Source: Eledone cirrhosa (Eukaryota). From it: a DNA stretch of 64,000 bases. The position numbers and the translations under genes were made by a program. Shown piece by piece: positions 55,319 to 64,000 of the stretch. Location: NCBI GenBank assembly GCA_964016885.1, contig OZ024745.1:113150001-113214000 (forward strand), given 5' to 3'. Each line of letters starts with the position of its first letter. Position 1 is the first letter of the stretch. The notes under the pieces are model-generated. The model searched no databases. It saw only the letters and a program-made list of their open reading frames with translations, and was not told where the DNA came from.

Positions 55319-55404
55319 CTGACGAGCAGATCGATACTAGCGTCGGGTGCATAACTCTTATGGGTCACATTGATCCAATCATCTGCGAAACGCGCGTAAC
55401 AGGT
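55319..55404 (+). ncRNA. Hammerhead motif at the fold-back junction of a PLE-like element (55181-55470) inserted next to (GT)n
   Basis: CTGACGA-GCAGAT...ATCTGC-GAA-ACGCGCGT-A-ACAGG. The 5' strand of stem I is lost at the inversion junction. Confidence 0.7.
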
Positions 55405-55641
55405 CGATATGCAATAAATATTTTTCATATTTTTCATATGTAAACGAAACTCGTTTTTTCCATTATACATATGTATAGAAATACAAACAATAAAAGAGAT
55501 CCTCGGCATAAGTGACATTTCTGATGATTCTTATTCTTTAATACTCAAATCTATTCTATTTAGGAAACCGTGGTGTATACGTTCGTATCTGTGCGGGTAC
55601 ATGTGTCGCGCGGGTTTATATATCCATTACGAACAAACCGT

Positions 55642-56960
55642 CCCCCTCACTATATCTATCAATATCTATCTCTATCAATCTTCCTACTCTTTGTATCTAC
55701 TACACGGAACTCTCTTTCAATCCTCCTCTCTATATCAAATAGCCCCAAACACTCCCCCTCACTATATCTACTACACGGAACTCTCTTTCAATCCTCCTCT
55801 CTATATCAAATAGCCCCAAACACTCCCCCTCACTATATCTACTACACGGAACTCTCTTTCAATCCTCCTCTCTATATCAAATAGCCCCAAACACTCCCCC
55901 TCACTATATCTACTACACCGAACTCTCTTTCAATCCTCCTCTCTATATCAAATAGCCCCAAACACTCCTCCTCACTATATCTACTACACGGAACTCTCTT
56001 TCAATCCTCCTCTCTATATCAAATAGCCCCAAACACTCCTCCTCACTATATCTACTACACCGAACTCTCTTTCAATCCTCCTCTCTATATCAAATAGCCC
56101 CAAACACTCCTCCTCACTATATCTACTACACGGAACTCTCTTTCAATCCTCCTCTCTATATCAAATAGCCCCAAACACTCCTCCTCACTATATCTACTAC
56201 ACCGAACTCTCTTTCAATCCTCCTCTCTATATCAAATAGCCCCAAACACTCCTCCTCACTATATCTACTACACGGAACACTCTTCTAATAAAACTCTCTA
56301 TATCAATTAAGCCCAAACTCTCCCCGTCTCTATATCTTCTACATGGAACACTCTGTCGATTACCCCTCTCCATATCAATTAAACCAAAACCCTCCCCCTC
56401 TCTATATCTAATATTCAACACACTCTCCAACCTCTCCAACCTCTCCACTCTATATAAATTACGACCAAACTATCTCGCTCTCTATATCTATCATGCAACA
56501 CTCTCTCTTATTCTGCTTCACTCTATCCATCACTCTATATCAACCATACAACATTCTCTCCCAATACTCCTCCCTATATCTATTAGCACCAAAGTCTCCC
56601 TCTCTCTATATCAACCATACAACATTCTCTCCCAATACCCCTCCCTATATCTATTAGCACCAAAGTCTCCCTCTCTCTATATCAACCATACAACATTCTC
56701 TCCCAATACCCCTCCCTATATCTATTAGCACCAAAGTCTCCCTCTCTCTATATCAACCATACAACATTCTCTCCCAATACCCTTCCCTATATCTATTAGG
56801 ACCAAACTCTCCCCCTCTCTATATAAACCATATAACATTATTACCCAATACCCTTGCCTATATCTATTAGCATCAAAATATCACCCTCTCTATATCTACC
56901 ATACAACACTCTTTCTCGTACAATCTCACTATATCCACCACTACAAATCTCTATCACTCG
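55642..56960. repeat. 71-bp minisatellite with two variant blocks
   Basis: AGCCCCAAAC at 55741, 55812 and onward (~8 units). CAACCATAC at 56541, 56612 and onward (~5 units). Confidence 0.92.
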
Positions 56961-57758
56961 CTATATCGATAAATAAGAAGTTGAAAGTACAGTTTAGCTG
57001 TCTACGTGCATTGTTCATAGAAATATTGTTGAGCCCCTTCTTTTCATACTCCTCTGTTTTGGCCTATTGGAATAAATGGGAAAGAGAAAGTCACAGGTTA
57101 AGTTGGCAGAAGGTTCCAGTGTCATAGCAATAAGGCGTAGGCTACTTACCTGAAAAGTTCATTCGCACTCTCTCCACTAAGTTACTCTTTCTCTCTATCC
57201 CTCTCCGTGCAGTCCCTTGCGAATTTATCGCGTAGGCCTGGTGTAAATTTGCACCCGATCCATCTACCCGATGCACATGTCCGCTTTGTACGGTTTTTAG
57301 AGGAAGGAGTGACCAGCAGTACGTTGTTCGGTATTATTACGAAAAGGTGTAGCAGAGAATGCCGCGTGAACTAACAGCTCGCGAGGAAACTGCTTACCTC
57401 GAAGATTCATTCGCCATCGTTCTTGTCAACGCTCCGTTTACTTGGTATTTGTTGGTTTGCAGTTAAATGAATGGCGCACAAATGTTGAATGTTTATTGGC
57501 AAGAAGTTTTTGAAAGTAATAAAAGACGGGTTAAAGCGACCTACAATGTATCTGTGTATATATATATATATATATACACAGATACATATATATATGTGTG
57601 TATGTGTGTATGTATGCATATATATATGTGTGTGTGTATGTATGCATATATATATGTGTGTGTATGTATGCATATATATATGTGTGTATGTGTGTATGTA
57701 TGTATATATATATATGTGTGTGTGTATACATATATTTTTATGTGTATATTTATATATA

Positions 57759-57789
<31 letters not shown>

Positions 57790-57854
57790 GTATATGTGTT
57801 TATATATACATATATATATGTTATATATAATAAAAGTCTAAAGTCTGTCTTAAA

Positions 57855-58220
<366 letters not shown>

Positions 58221-58257
58221 ATATATGTGTATATATGTGTATATATGTATTTATGTA

Positions 58258-58304
<47 letters not shown>

Positions 58305-60809
58305 ATATAAGTATATATGTATATATATGTGTGTGTGTGTGTGAATGTAGCAAGCAAAGATAATATGTCAGCAATGACGTGTTCGTCAGAATGTCTTTAT
58401 GCAGACAGACAGACATACAGACAGATATTATAAGGGCTCGACGGAGATTTATAACCAGCGCCTAACACTCCTTTAACAACAGAAAATTGAAACATAAAAG
58501 CTGCAGTTAGTATCTTTAGACCGCAAGGAATATATAAATGCAAGTTTGAAGTCAATCGGAGTAGAAATGTGGATTTGTATAGACTTTGCAAATATGATGA
58601 CACACAGACAACAACAGTTTTATATGTATGTATAGATAGATGCAGGTTTTAAATTTTGACACGTTTTATACTTTGATAACAGACTGCTTCAATTACGGAT
58701 TACGTAGTTCCATGTAGAAAACGGTTGTACTGAATACTTTTATTTGTTTTATTAATTATATTTTCCAATATATTTTAACTCAATGCATGTTTTTATCATG
58801 TAGTTTATGCATTTTGTTATGGATTTCCTTCCAGTTTAAGCCAGCAAATATTTAAACCAATTAAATGATAACATCTTATTTGGTTCACAATATTGAATTT
58901 ACCAATCTAATATTCGATAGTAATTTAATTAATAGACACATATATCATTCCTTGGGGCTCAGTGAAAGTGTTTATAAACTGTTGCAGTGCTTCAAATATC
59001 CATTCATGTGACCTGCAATCAAATATATTGTGACGGATTAGTCGTAATAAAGTCTGGTTAGTCTCTATTCTAATTAACTAATGAGCCTGAAATTCGCCTT
59101 GCTCTACTGTGAATTCTAGTTTCCATTGCAGCTATAAAATCATTAGATGTACAAGACTCGTCGTAATGTAGGCTGAATTGTATATCAGGTAGAACATCTA
59201 TTGTTGAGTTGTATATAATGTTTGTTTATTTTGACTATAGTAAAGTTAGGGAAAGAACCATTCTGAATCACATTAACATATTTACACTACTTTGATTATT
59301 TTATCCATAAGTTCTTTTTAAATAAAATTGAATTCAATTTGTAAAGGTTTCAGTGATGTTCCTGTTTTTCCTACAGTCATTAACTTGCAACTATTGAAAA
59401 TGAGCAGTAACTGCATCTATCCAACTAGTTTCAGAAGGCCTGCAGTGTCCGACAAAAAGCTACGAAATAACCACAATAGAACACCCTCAACCCAAATTTA
59501 GAAAGCTTTTTTACTTCTTCAGCCAATCCACAATTTCGACAAAAAAGAAAGAAAAAAGCATGTAATTAACTTATTGACCATTTCAGCCTACCATCTACTG
59601 ACTGTCCGCTAGATGTTTTCCAATTTATCATTGATAATACATTGCAGATATATATATTAACTATAATTGGTAAGAGAAGCCATCATTATCGAAACCCTAC
59701 AATGCCCTGAGACCGCGTATGGTTAATCTATTGTACACTGCAGTTTTAGAATTGGAATATCTACTATAAACCCAGCATAGTTCTGTCTGAGGGATTTCAC
59801 CTCATTCAACGCGTTTCGAAGGTCTAGCTTCGGGTTGCTGCGCGGCCTTTATAACGTTGTCAAAAACTACAAATGGATTCATTGCACACACAGAAGTACA
59901 CAAATAGAAATATATACTTACATACATGCACACACTCATACATGCGTACATACATGCATGATGGCTACCCCGTCGTTATCGAGCATGGCCATTACACGAT
60001 CTACCATTATTAATAATTATTAATTAATGCCATCGTGCAATGCCTGTGCGTGAAGATATTTTTTACAGTGAGGAAAGACTGTGCATTGAGCCAATCCCAC
60101 TCTCTGAGCGACAGTAGCTATAACCCGAAAAGAAGAAAAGATCAACATCATCGGTAACTACTGAGCCGCAGATTTTATATCGGTGTTATCCCAGTTTCCT
60201 GAGTTGCCTTCTCCTAGAAGAATGCCCTGACAAAGGCTAGGGGTCCTTCACTCCTAGTGGTTTAACCGCATACATACATACATACATGCATACATACATA
60301 CATGCGTTCATACATATAAACGCATCCCACCAAAATATCAGGTGTACTTTACTATTCAACTGAATTTCCTCTAATGTGTAATTTAATTGGTGTGCGAAAA
60401 TTCGGACTCCATCAAAATTCTACACATATTTACTTACATATATTCTATATTTATAAATTCTATATCCTACAGTTAAGAAATATGCATTAATGAATATTCT
60501 AGTCATCATAACCACCTCTCCCTGTTTAATTGACGTTAAAGCCTGTTCCAAAATGACACCTGAATAAACAATGTCGTTAAGATGTATTAATTATTGTAAA
60601 ACAACTCATTTTATACTAACCAATTATGAAATAAACCTAAAATATATAAATATAAAAACAATAACTCCCTACCCATATATAAGTAAGCTATAACAATAAA
60701 TGGAGGGGAAGAGATAAACACGTACACCACAGTAAGTAAACTTAAGAAAATTAACAAAGAAAGGACAAGACAACGAACGAAAAAAATACAAAACAAAAAA
60801 ACCTTTTTT

Positions 60810-62460
60810 AAGGGGAAACCTTTAAAAATTATTTTTGGAATGTTTTACATATTTTTACTGTTCCATTAATGGATTGTACTTGTAATTTCCTAACTAGTTG
60901 TGTTCTTTCTGTTCCTGTGAAGCCTAGCTTCTCAAGATTTGTATTGAGGCAGTTACTAACATATCCCAGTGCCCCAATAATTACAGGCATAAATCTGAAG
61001 GTGTAATCAGGGTGGAGTATCTGCAGATTTCTCATCAGTTCTGCATAAATATTCTCCTTTTCGCTAATCTTTGATATTATATTGGCATCTGCTGGTAGCT
61101 AATTTCCACTACTGTGCATGCTTTCTTCTCCCTGTCCCATATCATAATATCTGATCTGTTATGCCTGCAATTTATTGGGGTTTTTACTGGAACATTCCAC
61201 CAGTACTCTTTCATATTATGTACATGGATGTCTTCCACATTGCTGTAGCTTTTAATGTGTTTATTATCGGAGCTATCTTTTTTACGAACTGCATTGTACA
61301 GTGTTTTGGCCACTACATCATGCCTCATAGGTAGATAGTACCGCGATGACATCTTTGAACAGCTGCTGATGACATGGGTGATATCCTCGATGTTAGTTCT
61401 GCAGAGTCTGCACTTGTTATCACATCTAAGTGTTTTGCCTGCATCCCTATCTCTTTTGTGAATCAGGTATTTCGTGCTAATCTCCTATTCTTGGATTGCA
61501 AAAGCGTATACTTCAAAGGGGGACACAATATAGCGGTTGTTAGTCCAAGATCGACTACTTTCCTTATCTATATTACTCTTACTCTGGAGCTTGGCAACAT
61601 ATACATGCATGATGTTTTGCTGATAAATATGAAGTTTTTCATCCATGGATTCACTGAGACACAGCTGAACAACTTCCCTGGGTGTGAGTTTTTGATTATC
61701 ACACAGGGAATATCTCTCGAGGAGGTCCTTCCCAACTCTCATGATCTCATCTGTTTCATGCAGATAGACTTGCTCGAGAGACGGGCTCCTACGCTTCGAG
61801 GTTCGTAGATGTTGTCGGAGAGATATGATGCGACATTCAAATGCTGTCTGGACTGATGTTAGGCCTCTGCCTCCCTGCTTACGTTTCAAGTAAAGGCGGT
61901 CTATGTCACAGTTGCTGTGGAAGTTTCCGGTGTTGTTTAGTATTTTTCGAGTTCCAACATCAACTGCTCGGATTTCGTCTATCGTCCAAATGAGTATTCC
62001 AAACGTTGGTGTTAGGACAGGCACAGCAAACACATTGTGAGCCAGTGTTTTGTTTTACGCAGAGAGTTCCGATGACCAAATCTTTCTTAATCGGGTGTAG
62101 TATTCCCTGGTTACGCGTTCCTTATTACAGATACCATTATAGGATATGTTCTCATCTATCCCCAGGTATCTGTAGCAGTCCTCATCAGATATCGGTGAAA
62201 CAGTTAGGCCATTGATGACAATGTTGCTAGATCGGGTTGTTGTTTTTCCCCGCCTTACAGTCATGAATGAGCATTTATCTTGGCCAAACTCCATTCCTAT
62301 ATCCTTTGAGAACGTTGTAACCAGGTCAAGATGTTTCTTCATACCATCCATGTTCTTGGCATATAGTTTCAGATCGTCCACAAAGAAATTATGGGTTAGG
62401 TTCATATTTCTGTCCTCCTGTGAGCCAATGATGTATCCCTCACATTTCTTGAGCAGAAAT
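60810..62460 (-). pseudogene. Decayed 5'-truncated R4-group RLE retrotransposon, third family
   Basis: FFVDDLKLY, YRYLGI, RLYLKRKQGGRGL, RHDVV, RSDIMIWD...VEIS, PVIIGALG across broken frames. Confidence 0.88.
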
Positions 62461-64000
62461 GCATGTATGTACTTTTGTATGTATGTATGCATATATGTAT
62501 ATATGTATTTGTGTATGTATGTAATATCACCTTGTATATAACTTGAAATTTTAAGTGTACTTTTTATATCTCATTATTTTTTCTTGTTTGATTCTATTTC
62601 AAAGTACAATGAAAATGTATCACTAGAAGAATTTGTGCCATTGCCAAGGAAGTAAGAACTCAGTTGGTGGCCAATTCTTTTATGGAGAATTATGGCAATT
62701 CTGTATAAATATAACAATTCAAATACAATGTTAATAGTGTTTGCAATGGAGATGTGAATACTTTATACTGCTTATTTTACACGAGTTTCAATAACTCAGT
62801 ATAAAAAGAAATAATACAAAGGTATTCCATACGTGACAATTCAGTGAATATGTTTTTTGGGATATGTAAAATATTAATGGATGCACAATATCTATGAAAT
62901 ATTTGGTGGAGTGGCACAATAAACATACCTTTTAAATTTCTATTTTTTTTCAAGATTTTTGTTTTTTCAAATCTGGGGAATACGAAAAAGAGAAACATCT
63001 AAACTATACTTTTGTCTAATTTATTTCTGTTTATCCCCTTCTCTCATTCACACGTTCTCACATGCTTACTTTTGGGAACTGTCTCTATTCAATGACATTT
63101 TTACATTGGCAAAGTAAGGTAAAATTATGCTTTATTTGGAAGGTTATAGCTCTCAAAATTCTCTGGACATTTAAAAATGTATAATAGCTTGTGGGTATGA
63201 GTCCAAAGCCAAAACATTGTTTTGGTATAATCGACTGTATTCCCTAAATCTGAGTAACTCAATCAGAAATATACATGTTAATTATTAGTTTTATATAAAT
63301 CCATGTGAATGTTTCTATCATATTTTTCTGTATGAGACGTTAGTTATTCAGTTAAGATATTCATCAGATGGTGGAAAATACCTATGCCTGGCAGTTCCAT
63401 ACTGGAAACATTTATCATCCTACTTGGTTGTTTCAGTCATATGACACTCATAAGCGCAGGGAATGAGGAGATGTAGGAGAGGGGCGACATGACTGGGCCG
63501 TATTCTGTGGTCTAAACAATGTATAATGGGCTTCAAATTAATTTTCATTTAGGGATCCCATGCAAGCTTAATTCGCCCACCGATATATAATTGTGAGTAA
63601 TAGTCATAGAAAAACTCTACATTCCTCAATTGCATATAGTTTGGCAGTCTGACTGCGTTCGCCCTTTGGCAAGCAAACAGCAAGACGCGGGGCCCAACAC
63701 CAAGTTACAGAGAGATATTCGATCTCAGGTTTATTTGAGTCCGCCTAGCGGACTAGATTATTCAAAGGTGACTTTACTCACAAATACATTAATGGATTTC
63801 TGAAGCGTTATATTTAGGTCTAACTTGTCCGCATTGGTAGTTTTGGTGCTCAGGACAGCTGCACCAGTCTGTATCGCAGTTGTCCTGTATATCTGCTCAA
63901 CATTCACCAATCCGTCACACAAGGAACAAGGCATGTACGATTAGGTCACTATACATATATGTATATATATGTGTGTGTATGTGAGTATGTCTATGTCTAT

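Overview
AT-rich animal genomic DNA, almost certainly an octopod cephalopod judging by its SINEs and microsatellite load. No host gene could be supported. The window is almost entirely retroelements and microsatellites. The main signal is about 35 small type I hammerhead ribozyme (HHR) motifs, read by eye, in short elements inserted into (TA)n. They fall into two classes. (1) Non-coding tandem or circularly permuted HHR repeats resembling non-LTR retrozymes: a 460-bp monomer in 9 identical direct copies plus about 2.3 inverted copies (25522-30754), a related 420-425-bp family and a 314-bp family. (2) Fold-back 3' ends (pLTRs) of at least 8 Penelope-like element (PLE) families, several with variant catalytic cores (U3-A8, U4A, U4C) and a shared downstream CTC/GAG hairpin. 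Both classes, and one tRNA-derived SINE, show the same geometry: two head-to-head arms whose RNA 3' ends point outward into (TA)n. A decayed Naiad-type PLE RT (about 11.9-13.0 kb) shows the likely helper class is present. Also present: a tandem of R4/Dong-like RLE retrotransposons in (TAA)n with one near full length, a tandem of Tx1/L1-like 3' ends in (TATC)n, Hero, RTE and other RLE remnants, many SINEs, Helitron-like non-autonomous elements and a 71-bp minisatellite. Ribozyme activity, circular RNA and mobilisation routes are inferences, not shown.
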